A stretch of DNA of 32,000 bases from an uncultured archaeon (GCA_964577555.1 CAZNZM010000002.1:33012-65011), one strand, 5' to 3'; positions 16,814 through 24,707 are shown, numbered from the stretch's first letter. The notes: generated by a model not told the origin, from the letters alone. Program-made: numbers and translations.

Positions 16814-17437
16814 ATGTCGAGGATAAGGGATTTGAGGGATTTAAAAAACGAGGAAATGTTTCATTTTCCTTCTTGGTTAAAGTATTTTTTTATTATTGCT
16901 TTTTTGTTGCTTTTTGCCTATTTGGTTTTTTCAAACATGGTTTTTGTTAAAAGCTTTGTAATAGGTTATGGTTTGTTGGGTCTTTTTGTAGGTTCAATAA
17001 TAGCTAATGCAACCGTGCTTTTTCCAGTGCCTGTTGTTGATGTTGTTTTTCTTGCACTTGCCGGCGATTCAACTTCTATTTTTGAAGCAATTTTTTTGGG
17101 CTTTGTCGTTGGTTCTGGTGCGGCGATTGGTGAAATGAGTGCTTATCTTGCCGGGCTTTTTGGGATTCAGGCTGCGGAAAGGGTGAAGAAAGCAGAGTTT
17201 GATAAAATGAAAATAATAAGGGAAAAAATCAGCAAGTTTGGCGGTTATTTCATTTTTTTCTCTGCTTTGGTGCCTTTTCCTTTTGATATAATCGGCATAA
17301 CTGCTGGCTTGATTAAGTTTGATTATCGCAGGTTTTTTGTTGCTGCTTTGGCTGGCAAACTCGCTCGTTATGTAATTCTTTCGTTGGCTTCATTTTATGG
17401 AATTCATACGATTAAGTCTTTTTTTGGTATTGCGTGA
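16814..17437 (+). CDS. DedA/VTT-domain membrane protein (YqaA-like)
   Basis: 207-aa hydrophobic ORF. GLFVGSIIANATVLFPVPVVDVVFLALAG and GAAIGEMSAYLAGLFG fit the DedA-superfamily re-entrant loop pattern. Confidence 0.55.
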   Translation: MSRIRDLRDLKNEEMFHFPSWLKYFFIIAFLLLFAYLVFSNMVFVKSFVIGYGLLGLFVGSIIANATVLFPVPVVDVVFLALAGDSTSIFEAIFLGFVVGSGAAIGEMSAYLAGLFGIQAAERVKKAEFDKMKIIREKISKFGGYFIFFSALVPFPFDIIGITAGLIKFDYRRFFVAALAGKLARYVILSLASFYGIHTIKSFFGIA

Positions 17438-17439
17438 TT

Positions 17440-18267
17440 TTACAAGAAAATAATTTTAAGTATTATAAATGTTGCAATCATGAATGTTGATTGTACTGGT
17501 AGTGCTGGCAAGGGTGTTTTCTTTTTTGAACTCGTATCTATTGTTGTCATTAGTCCAAGCATGGATGCAAAAATTATTGTTCCTGAAAATAGTAATGCGT
17601 ATTCTGTTTGGTAATTTTTTTTTGCTTCTGCGAGAATTGATACTGCGAATGTCAATGGTATTACTAAATCTCCTGTGCCTAGTTCGAATTTTTTTTCTTT
17701 TGTCGGTATTGCAAATGTAAAAGCCAGGTTTTTGTCTATAATTCCTTTTGCAAGCGCCACCATGTGTTTTGTTTTGAAAACCGCTATATAATCGTATATT
17801 GCAAGCAAAATTATGAATATTGCTATTGCGTCTGCCCCAATGCTTGCTCCTATTAGTGCTCCTGCTCCTGCAGTGGCAATTATGCTTGTTATGTTTCTCA
17901 AAAAAATATTTTTTGCGAATACCAGCCTTGCTGTTATTATTCCTATTCCTGCCCCTAATATTAAAAATTCTGGGGGGTTGTAAGGCACTAAAATTATGAT
18001 AATAGAACTGAATATTGCAATGCTTTCAATTATTTTGAATATTATGTATGAAAACAAGTTTGGCATTAATTTGAGCATTAAAAGTATTATTCCTGTTATT
18101 ATTAACATCCAAATTAGTAATGCTATGACATTAACCAAAGAGTTTGGGTTTTCTTCTATTATTATTGCTCTTATGTTGTTTTTTGTCAGGAAATTGCCTG
18201 CGCTTAAGCCAAGTATCATTGTGGTTGCGAAAATTAGTGATAATTTGTAGTTTATTTCTTTGTTCAT
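17440..18267 (-). CDS. Presenilin/signal-peptide-peptidase homolog (intramembrane aspartyl protease, A22 family)
   Basis: 275-aa polytopic ORF with the three diagnostic motifs in order: YD (LAIYDYIAVF), GxGD (LGTGDLVIP) and PAL (PLPALPV). Confidence 0.85.
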   Translation of the reverse strand: MNKEINYKLSLIFATTMILGLSAGNFLTKNNIRAIIIEENPNSLVNVIALLIWMLIITGIILLMLKLMPNLFSYIIFKIIESIAIFSSIIIILVPYNPPEFLILGAGIGIITARLVFAKNIFLRNITSIIATAGAGALIGASIGADAIAIFIILLAIYDYIAVFKTKHMVALAKGIIDKNLAFTFAIPTKEKKFELGTGDLVIPLTFAVSILAEAKKNYQTEYALLFSGTIIFASMLGLMTTIDTSSKKKTPLPALPVQSTFMIATFIILKIIFL

Positions 18268-18352
18268 GTTTCATTTTTAGACAACAATTATTTAATTGTT
18301 TTCCTTGGCGGTTTGTTGATTATGTATTTGTTAGTTTTGTAGTTTGTTTTTT

Positions 18353-19015
18353 TTATTCGAATATTTTTCTTCCAATTCTTATTACTGTTGCTCCTTCTTC
18401 TATTGCTATTTCATAATCGTTGCTCATTCCCATGCTGAGGTGTTTTAAATTAAGGTTTTCTTTTATGTCGCATAATTTTTGGAAATATGGCCTTGCTTCT
18501 TCGGGGTTTTTGACCAATGGTGCTATTGTCATGAGGCCTATGAATTTTACGTTGTTGTATGGCAGGTTTTTCATTGTTGTAAGCATTGATTCCACTTCTT
18601 CTGGTTTCATTCCGTATTTTTGCGGTTCGTTTGATGTATTAACTTGCAGAAAAATGTTTTGTATTTTTTCGATGTCGAGGCTTGCGTAATGTATTTTTCT
18701 TAGCAAGTCAAGGCTGTCAACCGATTGTATGTAATCGCACATTTGAACTGCTTTTTTTACTTTGTTGCTTTGCAAGTGTCCTATAAAGTGTATGTCTGTT
18801 TTGAGTTCTTTTAAGTCAGGGTATTTTTCTTCGAGTTCTTGTATGGTGCTTTCGCCTATGTCTGTAATGCCGTGTGAAACAGCTTCTTTTATTTGGTTTA
18901 TTTCTCTTTCTTTTGTTGCCGCCACTATTGTTATTTCTTCTGGTTTTCTTCTGACTTTATTGCATGCCTTGGCAATTGTTTTTCTTATTTCTTCAATGTT
19001 TTGTTTTATGCTCAT
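18353..19015 (-). CDS. YggS-family pyridoxal-phosphate homeostasis protein
   Basis: 220-aa ORF. VAATKEREINQI and HFIGHLQSNKVKK are characteristic of the YggS/PROSC family. Confidence 0.85.
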   Translation of the reverse strand: MSIKQNIEEIRKTIAKACNKVRRKPEEITIVAATKEREINQIKEAVSHGITDIGESTIQELEEKYPDLKELKTDIHFIGHLQSNKVKKAVQMCDYIQSVDSLDLLRKIHYASLDIEKIQNIFLQVNTSNEPQKYGMKPEEVESMLTTMKNLPYNNVKFIGLMTIAPLVKNPEEARPYFQKLCDIKENLNLKHLSMGMSNDYEIAIEEGATVIRIGRKIFE

Positions 19016-19345
19016 GTTTATTATTTTATTGCGTCATGTTTTTATTATTCTTGGCTTAATTGTTTTTTTTGTCTTTGTTTTGTTTTTTTTTTCAAGCCGT
19101 TTTTTTGTTTGTTAGTTTTTTTAGTTATTTTTTTGTTTTTTTTATGAGCCTTTTTATTTTTTGAATTTTGTTTTTTTTGTTTTTTTTTGGCGAGCCTTTT
19201 TTTGTCATTTTTTTTTGTAAGTCATTTTTTTCTTGTTTTTTTTTGTGGATTGTTTTTTTTATAAGCCAATTATTTTTTTTGTTTTTTTGGCGAGCGTTTT
19301 TTTTGGTATTTTTTTTGAAATTTTGTTTTTTTTTCTTTTTGGTTT
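19016..19345 (+). repeat. T-tract island D (non-coding, T-rich on + strand)
   Basis: The spacer lies between the aIF-5A 3' end and the yggS 5' end, both on the - strand. CAAGCC at 19093-19098, GAGCC at 19146-19150, GCGAGCC at 19190-19196, AAGCC at 19262-19266 and GCGAGCG at 19290-19296. It shares a block with island C. Confidence 0.8.
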
Positions 19346-19759
19346 TTATTTTGTCTCGCCTTTTTTGCCTACTACTCGTATTAGCGAGCCCCATTTTATG
19401 TATTGTACTTCGTTTCCGCTTGCAAGCCCCGTAACGTCTTTCGGTTTTTCAATTTCGTTTATTGAATAATCTTTTGTGTCCATTATTTGTATTCTGTCTC
19501 CCATTATTGCTACTACTTGTGCGTCGCCTTTTTCAATTATGGGAATTTCAACATCGGCATCCACCGGTTTGAGAAGTGTTTTTTTGACGTCTCTGAATAT
19601 TCCCATTCCTGTGGCCCTGATTTTTGCCGCTCCGTGTTTTCCCGGTTTTGATTTTTCAACGCCTTTTATTTGACAGGGTTCTCCTTCAATTAGCGCGTAT
19701 GATCCTTCTTTAAGGTCTCCTGCGTATCCGAATTTTTTTTCTCCTTCAGTTATTACCAT
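19346..19759 (-). CDS. eif5a: Translation initiation factor aIF-5A
   Basis: 137-aa ORF with the hypusine-site loop SKPGKHGAAKIR. AGGTGA lies 8 nt upstream of the ATG on the - strand. Confidence 0.92.
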   Translation of the reverse strand: MVITEGEKKFGYAGDLKEGSYALIEGEPCQIKGVEKSKPGKHGAAKIRATGMGIFRDVKKTLLKPVDADVEIPIIEKGDAQVVAIMGDRIQIMDTKDYSINEIEKPKDVTGLASGNEVQYIKWGSLIRVVGKKGETK

Positions 19760-19904
19760 TTTTTTTCACCTGCATTGAAATCGCCTTAGTTAATTTTAAA
19801 TAGGTTTGCAAAACCCCTTGTATTTGTCTTTTAATTGGTTTTTAGGCTGTTTTTTTGCCCTTGTGTGAGTTTTTTAATGGTATTTCGGTATTACTTATAT
19901 TGTT

Positions 19905-20357
19905 ATGTTCAGGTTTGTTAAGAGAATATTTGATAAAGGCAATGATTGTCGTAATCTTGCCGTTTTTATTGATGGCCCAAATATTTTGAGGAAGGATTTG
20001 GGTGTTAGTCTTGCCGATATTAAGAAAAATCTTGAAAAATTTGGAAAGGTGAAGATTGGCAGGGTTTTTATGAATCAATATGCTTCTGAAAAACTTGTTG
20101 AAGCTGTTGTGAATCATGGTTTTGAGTCTGTGATTACTGTTGGTGATGTTGATGTTTCAATGGTTGCTGATGCTGTTGAAGCAGTATTTAATCCGCAGAT
20201 TCACACTATTGTTTTTGTGACGAGGGATTCGGATTTTTTGCCTGCTATTATAAAAGCCAAGCGTGAGGGAAAGGAAACAATTGTTATGCTTACTGAAGAG
20301 GCCAGTTCTGTTTCTCTTAAAAATAATGCTGATCATGTTATTTTGCTTGGGAAGTGA
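19905..20357 (+). CDS. NYN-domain (LabA/DUF88-like) predicted RNase
   Basis: 150-aa ORF. LAVFIDGPNI and VFVTRDSDFLPAIIKAKREGKE match the acidic residues of the NYN/PIN-like fold. Confidence 0.65.
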   Translation: MFRFVKRIFDKGNDCRNLAVFIDGPNILRKDLGVSLADIKKNLEKFGKVKIGRVFMNQYASEKLVEAVVNHGFESVITVGDVDVSMVADAVEAVFNPQIHTIVFVTRDSDFLPAIIKAKREGKETIVMLTEEASSVSLKNNADHVILLGK

Positions 20358-20363
20358 TTTTGC

Positions 20364-20858
20364 ATGAATCTTCCTGTAGGTGATATAATTGGAAGGGGTA
20401 TTAATTTAAAGGAAGTGGATATTCGTAAGCTTATTGAAGGTTTTTATGACAAGGGTTTTTCTGGTTATCTTGTTGCTTCTCTTTATGGTTTTGATTCGGT
20501 TGAAGAGGGCGTATTGCTTTTCAAGGATGGTTTGCTTATTGCCGCTATTTACGAGTATGAATTTTATGGAATAACTATTTTTGGCGATGTTGCTTTGCCA
20601 CATATATTCAATTCTTTTGCTGCTGATTTTATTGTGGCTGATATAGTGTCTCTTTCTAATCAGCAAATTGATCTTGTTACTGCTTTTAATGATAAAGCTA
20701 AGTTGAATAAGGTTTTGCAAAAAGGCGATGTTGGAAGGTTAATGGTCAAAGCGTTTTCTAAAGATCTTGCCAAATCTGTATTGTCCAATTTGGTAAGTTC
20801 TGCAGAGGACAAGGCTGAGATTTTTAAGAAGCTCGGTTTAGCTGGTTTGGGTGAGTGA
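20364..20858 (+). CDS. Hypothetical protein (possible PATAN/DUF4388-like or DUF2226-like fold)
   Basis: 164-aa ORF. The pattern GFSGYLVASL...EGVLLFKDGLLIAAIYE...GDVALPHI resembles small regulatory domains found with polarity or positioning ATPases and GTPases. The family call is tentative. Confidence 0.35.
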   Translation: MNLPVGDIIGRGINLKEVDIRKLIEGFYDKGFSGYLVASLYGFDSVEEGVLLFKDGLLIAAIYEYEFYGITIFGDVALPHIFNSFAADFIVADIVSLSNQQIDLVTAFNDKAKLNKVLQKGDVGRLMVKAFSKDLAKSVLSNLVSSAEDKAEIFKKLGLAGLGE

Positions 20859-21319
20859 TTGTGTTTAGGGGTGCCAAGCTGTTTTTGAAAAAGTTTGCTG
20901 AAAAAATTCTTGATGTTGATGATACTTCTAAGCCAGAGTCCCAGTTGCGTTTGTTGGAAGGTTATTCTGAGCGTTTCAAGTTTGAGTATGATTTGTCAGA
21001 CATTGATAATTTTTTGAAGGTGTTGAAGAAGAAGCATCTTGTTGATGAAATTGTTGTTTCGACTTTGCATGGCAGTGCTATTGGTTCTACTAATGGCGAT
21101 TCTGTTTCTCAGGCTGTTTCTAGTGCAGCGCTTTTCAATTATGTAAAGTCTGAGCTTCCTAAAAGCGAGGCTTTGATTGTAAAGTCTAATGGTTGGCACA
21201 TGATTTTTAATTATGGAAAAAAACTTTATATAGTAAAGGCTTCTAGTAATCTTAATATGGTTGAGTTGAAAGCATTGGCCCGCGAAATAGAGTCTTTTCT
21301 TGAAAAGAATGCTATTTAA
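20855..21319 (+). CDS. Roadblock/LC7 (MglB-like) domain protein, tentative
   Basis: 154-aa ORF whose GTG start overlaps the upstream stop (GTGA at 20855-20858). LVDEIVVSTLHGSAIGSTNGD...AVSSAALFNYVK...ALIVKSNGWHMIFNYGKKLYIVKASSNLNMVELKALAREIESFLEK fits the alpha-beta-alpha Roadblock layout. Confidence 0.45.
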   Translation: MIVFRGAKLFLKKFAEKILDVDDTSKPESQLRLLEGYSERFKFEYDLSDIDNFLKVLKKKHLVDEIVVSTLHGSAIGSTNGDSVSQAVSSAALFNYVKSELPKSEALIVKSNGWHMIFNYGKKLYIVKASSNLNMVELKALAREIESFLEKNAI

Positions 21320-21371
21320 TAGTTGCTTTTACATAACGTTTTAATAATCTAAATTCTATAAATACTTTGGC

Positions 21372-22181
21372 TTGGTGTTTTTTGTGGTAAGGGTAATTTC
21401 GGTAATTTCAGGCAAAGGCGGGGTGGGAAAGACCACTATTGCAGCCAATCTTGGCGTGGCTCTTGCAAAGAGAGGGCTTAAAGTGCTTCTCATTGATGCG
21501 GATATTGCCATGGCTAATACTTCTTTGCTTTTGAATATGCAGAATTCTCCGATTACTTTGCATGATGTTCTTTTGGGCGAGGCTTCTGTGCAGGACGCTA
21601 TTTATGATGGTCCTGCTGGTTTGAAATTTATGCCTTCTGGTCTTAGTCTTGAAAATTATCGCAGGGTTGATTCTGAAAGGTTGCAGTCAATAATTGATTC
21701 AGTGAGGGTTCAATTTGATTTTATAATTTTGGATTGTGCGGCTGGAATTGAAAAGAATGTGCTTGCCGCGATTTCAGCTTCTGATGAAGTTCTTTTGGTT
21801 GCTATGCCTACTAGTCCAAGCATTGCTGATGTTTTAAAAGCAAAGATTACTGCCCAGCGTCTTGGTGCAAAGCCGATTGGAACTATTTTGAATTTTGTTC
21901 GTGATGAAAGGGGCGAGGTTCAAAAGGATGAAGTAATGAAGATTTTGGAGCTTCCTGTGCTTGGTTCTGTGCCTTATGACGACGAAGTGAGGCGCAGTTT
22001 TATGCAGGAAAATATGATGCCTTTTATTTTGAGGTCTCCTTCCTGTCCTGCTGCTGTTGCATTGCAAAAGATTGCTGCAAGGCTTGCTGGTTTGCCAATG
22101 CTGCAAGAAGAGAAGAAAACGGGTTTTTTGAGCGGTTTTTTAAATAAATTGTTTTCTATTTTTAAAGGTAAGCCAAAGTGA
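21372..22181 (+). CDS. minD: MinD/ParA-family P-loop ATPase with a C-terminal amphipathic helix
   Basis: It has the deviant Walker A ISGKGGVGKTT, switch regions LLIDADIAMAN and ILDCAAG, and the C-terminal KKTGFLSGFLNKLFSIFKGKPK, which resembles a MinD membrane-targeting helix. The true start may be the GTG at 21384, about 27 nt after TATAAATA (21355-21362). Confidence 0.85.
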   Translation: MVFFVVRVISVISGKGGVGKTTIAANLGVALAKRGLKVLLIDADIAMANTSLLLNMQNSPITLHDVLLGEASVQDAIYDGPAGLKFMPSGLSLENYRRVDSERLQSIIDSVRVQFDFIILDCAAGIEKNVLAAISASDEVLLVAMPTSPSIADVLKAKITAQRLGAKPIGTILNFVRDERGEVQKDEVMKILELPVLGSVPYDDEVRRSFMQENMMPFILRSPSCPAAVALQKIAARLAGLPMLQEEKKTGFLSGFLNKLFSIFKGKPK

Positions 22182-22196
22182 TGGGGGGTTTTTAGT

Positions 22197-22415
22197 ATGA
22201 GTGGAAGGCCATTTGATCTTTTGAGTGCGGCAATAGGCAAGGATGTTATTGTTGAATGCAAGGGGAATGTTTCTTACCGTGGCACTCTTAAAGCATTTGA
22301 CGTGCATATGAATGTTGTTCTTGAGAATGCTGAAAAGTTTGAGAATTCCGACCCAAAAAATAAGTATGGCAAGCTTCTTATTCGTGGCGAGAATGTTATA
22401 CTTATTAGTCCTTGA
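22197..22415 (+). CDS. Sm-like archaeal protein (LSm/SmAP)
   Basis: 72-aa ORF with an Sm1 motif (VIVECKGNVSYRGTLKAFDVHMNVVLENA) and an Sm2 motif (LLIRGENVILISP). Confidence 0.9.
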   Translation: MSGRPFDLLSAAIGKDVIVECKGNVSYRGTLKAFDVHMNVVLENAEKFENSDPKNKYGKLLIRGENVILISP

Positions 22416-22420
22416 TTTTT

Positions 22421-22514
22421 GGGCCCTTAGTGTAGAGGCTAACACGCGTGCATGGCATTAAGTTTGAACTTACCAATGTGCACGATACGCCGGGTTCGAG
22501 TCCCGGAGGGTCCA
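22421..22514 (+). tRNA. tRNA-Ala(GGC) with a 21-nt intron at the canonical 37/38 position
   Basis: The hand-folded cloverleaf has acceptor GGGCCCT/AGGGTCC with the G3:U70 alanine identity pair, D stem GTGT/ACAC, anticodon stem CGTGC/GCACG and T arm CCGGG-TTCGAGT-CCCGG. The anticodon GGC is at 22454-22456. The intron 22458-22478 folds into a relaxed bulge-helix-bulge. No CCA is encoded, and a T-run follows. Confidence 0.85.
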
Positions 22515-22660
22515 TTTTGCATTTTTTTTAAAGTTTGGTGCTAAAAATATTGGTTTTAAGCAATCGCTTGTTTTTCCGGATTTTTAAGTTGTTTTACAAT
22601 AAAAAAATCCATTTTTTTTGGCACCCCTCAATAATTAATAATAGTATTTCGTAAAATAGT

Positions 22661-24349
22661 ATGACTTCCATGTTGTTTCCTGCCAATAAAAAGAAAATTC
22701 TTAAGGAATCGATTACTAGGTTGTTGCAATTAGGCATACCTGACTTGGATATTATTCAAAATCTTCAAAGTGTTGGAGTTCCTGAATCTCTTGCAAAGTC
22801 TATTTTAAAGGAAACTAAGGAAGAGTTGGCTGGAAAACAATCCAAACAATCTTTAAAGCCTGTTTCTGAAATTAAAAATTTGGTTGCTTCTGGTGAAAAA
22901 CAAGTTGAAGACAAACCCGTTTCAAAAAGCGATTCCGAATCAGCAGTTTCTGGTGATGTTGAATCTGAAGAAGAATTGATTGACGAGTTTTATGATGATA
23001 GGGAAAAAGAAGATGATTCTAATTTGCCCGATTCTCTCAGCGAAATAAAAAAGTCAATAGTTGAAGATAAGGTTGAAACGGATTCCAGTTCTGGGAAAAA
23101 AAATTCTTCTTTGGAAATTGAGACTTCTGTTTCTCACGAGGCAAGCGATGTTTCTTCTCTTTGGGAGAAAGGCATACTTGCCACTGTTGATGCAAAGTTA
23201 ACCGAAATGGAGCGAATAAGAGATGAATTGGACAAGGTTCTGGACCAAAAAATTTCAGAGAAAATGAAGGTTGAAATTAAGAAAGTGGAAGCTGTTCTTG
23301 AATCTGAACGCGCTCTTTTTTACAACAAAATAGACAGCCATCTTGAATCAAAGGCCGAAGAATTAAAGAATGTGATTGCTGCACAATCCAAGCAGTTGCA
23401 GGATGTTAATGCCAAGGCTGCTGATATTCTTTCCAAGGTCGGAGTTGAAAAAAAGTTTAATGCGGAGCTTTTGAATAGTTTGAATGAAAAAATTGCCAGT
23501 ATTGAGACTTTGCGTAGCCAAATGCTTTCTCAATTGAATCAATCCCAACTTGAACAGAGTTTGAAGTTCAAAAATTTTATGGATGAATCTGCAAAAAGGC
23601 GTGAGGAACTTGAGGCGAGAATTTCGAGGGCTTTGCAACTTGAATCAAAGATAGCTGAAGGGCTTATTGAGGACGCCAAGAATCGTATTGAGGAGATGAG
23701 GCTTGACAAGGATGCAGAGCTTTCAAAGAAGATTAACGAGAAAGTTAAGGAGCTTGATGATATTATTGCGAAGATTGATCCGAAGGGAATTGTTGAAACC
23801 GGCAAGCGCATTAAAATTCTTGATGAACAAGTAACCAAAAAAATAAGCGAGATTGACGCATTGTTGGAAAAGAAGTTTAATGATGCTGATCGTAAGATTG
23901 AGGAAAGCATTTCTGAAATGCAGGCCGCTTTGGAGAAAGCAGAGGATGAGAGGTTTGCAAAATTGAAGGAGGAGTATGCTCAAGCAATGGATGAGATGTT
24001 TAGCCAAGAGCTTGAAATTTGGGATAAAAAAATAAAATCCAAAGAGGAAGAAATAGAAAAGTTGAAGGAGCAGATTGATATTGAAAAATTTAATGCTTCT
24101 CTTGAGTCGCTTGATATTTTTAAGGATCAGTTTGTGAATACTATAAGCAAAAGCATTGATGATTATAACAGGGCTAAAAAGGAGCTTGCTGAAAAAGTTA
24201 TTGCAAGGGACAAGGCGATTAATGATTATTTGAAGAGAATTGATTCAAAGTTGGCTGAGTTGAGCGAGTTTCAGCAAAAGTTTTCAAAAAAGTTTGCCGA
24301 GATGTTGGACAAGACGGAAAGTTCGGTTGAGAAAAAACAAAAAAAGTAG
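22661..24349 (+). CDS. Long coiled-coil protein (hypothetical)
   Basis: 562-aa ORF with three parts: a ~55-aa helical N-terminal domain, a ~100-aa acidic/Ser-rich linker, and ~400 aa of E/K/L-rich heptad-like sequence. No TM segment or signal peptide is present. Confidence 0.6.
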   Translation: MTSMLFPANKKKILKESITRLLQLGIPDLDIIQNLQSVGVPESLAKSILKETKEELAGKQSKQSLKPVSEIKNLVASGEKQVEDKPVSKSDSESAVSGDVESEEELIDEFYDDREKEDDSNLPDSLSEIKKSIVEDKVETDSSSGKKNSSLEIETSVSHEASDVSSLWEKGILATVDAKLTEMERIRDELDKVLDQKISEKMKVEIKKVEAVLESERALFYNKIDSHLESKAEELKNVIAAQSKQLQDVNAKAADILSKVGVEKKFNAELLNSLNEKIASIETLRSQMLSQLNQSQLEQSLKFKNFMDESAKRREELEARISRALQLESKIAEGLIEDAKNRIEEMRLDKDAELSKKINEKVKELDDIIAKIDPKGIVETGKRIKILDEQVTKKISEIDALLEKKFNDADRKIEESISEMQAALEKAEDERFAKLKEEYAQAMDEMFSQELEIWDKKIKSKEEEIEKLKEQIDIEKFNASLESLDIFKDQFVNTISKSIDDYNRAKKELAEKVIARDKAINDYLKRIDSKLAELSEFQQKFSKKFAEMLDKTESSVEKKQKK

Positions 24350-24660
24350 TTTTTTTTGTTTTTGTGAGTTGTTTTTTTAGGCGTTTTATTTTTTTTGTTT
24401 GGTGTTTTTTTTTGAATTTGCTTTTTTTGTGTTGTTTTTTTTGTGATTTTATTTTTTTTAATTCCAAATTGTTTTGTCTTTTTTTGTGGCTTGGATTTTT
24501 TGTTTGAATTTTTGTTTTTTTTGCGAGCCGAATTTTTTTTATTTTTGAAATTTAATTTGTTTTTTTTGTTTGATCTGATTTTTTTGCTGGCATATTTAGT
24601 TTTTTTTCTATTTTTATTTTTTTCTTTTTAATGTTTGTTTTGTTTTTTTTTGTTTTACCA
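24350..24660 (+). repeat. T-tract island E (non-coding, T-rich on + strand)
   Basis: The spacer lies between two + strand genes. TTGAATTTTTG-T8-GCGAGCC (24504-24529) resembles the island C/D core TTGAATTTTG-T8-G-T9-GGCGAGCC. Confidence 0.75.
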
Positions 24661-24662
24661 AA

Positions 24663-24674
24663 ATTATTATATAA
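24663..24674 (+). promoter_or_regulatory. TATA-box candidate plus Shine-Dalgarno for ppsA
   Basis: ATTATTATATAA lies about 35-45 nt upstream of the ATG at 24708. AAGGTG at 24694-24699 lies 8 nt before the start. Confidence 0.4.
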
Positions 24675-24707
24675 CACTATTTCCTCGTAATTTAAGGTGT
24701 TTTTTTT

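Noticed and set aside
19125-19394. Lys-rich - strand ORFs across the islands (19125-19394, 4800-5030, 4529-4717, 24219-24467)
   Set aside because: They are A-run translations (KKKK). The longest begins inside the aIF-5A coding region in another frame. There are no conserved blocks beyond the DNA-level motif, and island A has no comparable ORF. They are most likely spurious, although only proteomics or ribosome profiling could exclude a tiny basic protein.
22578-22620. Hairpin GGATTTTT...AAAAATCC followed by T8, downstream of tRNA-Ala, as an intrinsic terminator
   Set aside because: The stem is almost entirely A:T with a 15-nt loop, so stability is doubtful. Archaeal termination needs only the T-run, and T-runs already occur directly after the tRNA (22515-22531).
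2203-24660. Possibility that the repeated GCGAGCC words mark CRISPR arrays
   Set aside because: The pattern shows no regular repeat-spacer periodicity. The conserved unit is about 7-20 nt rather than 24-40 nt, the material between copies is low-complexity T-runs rather than unique spacers, and no cas genes are present in the window.
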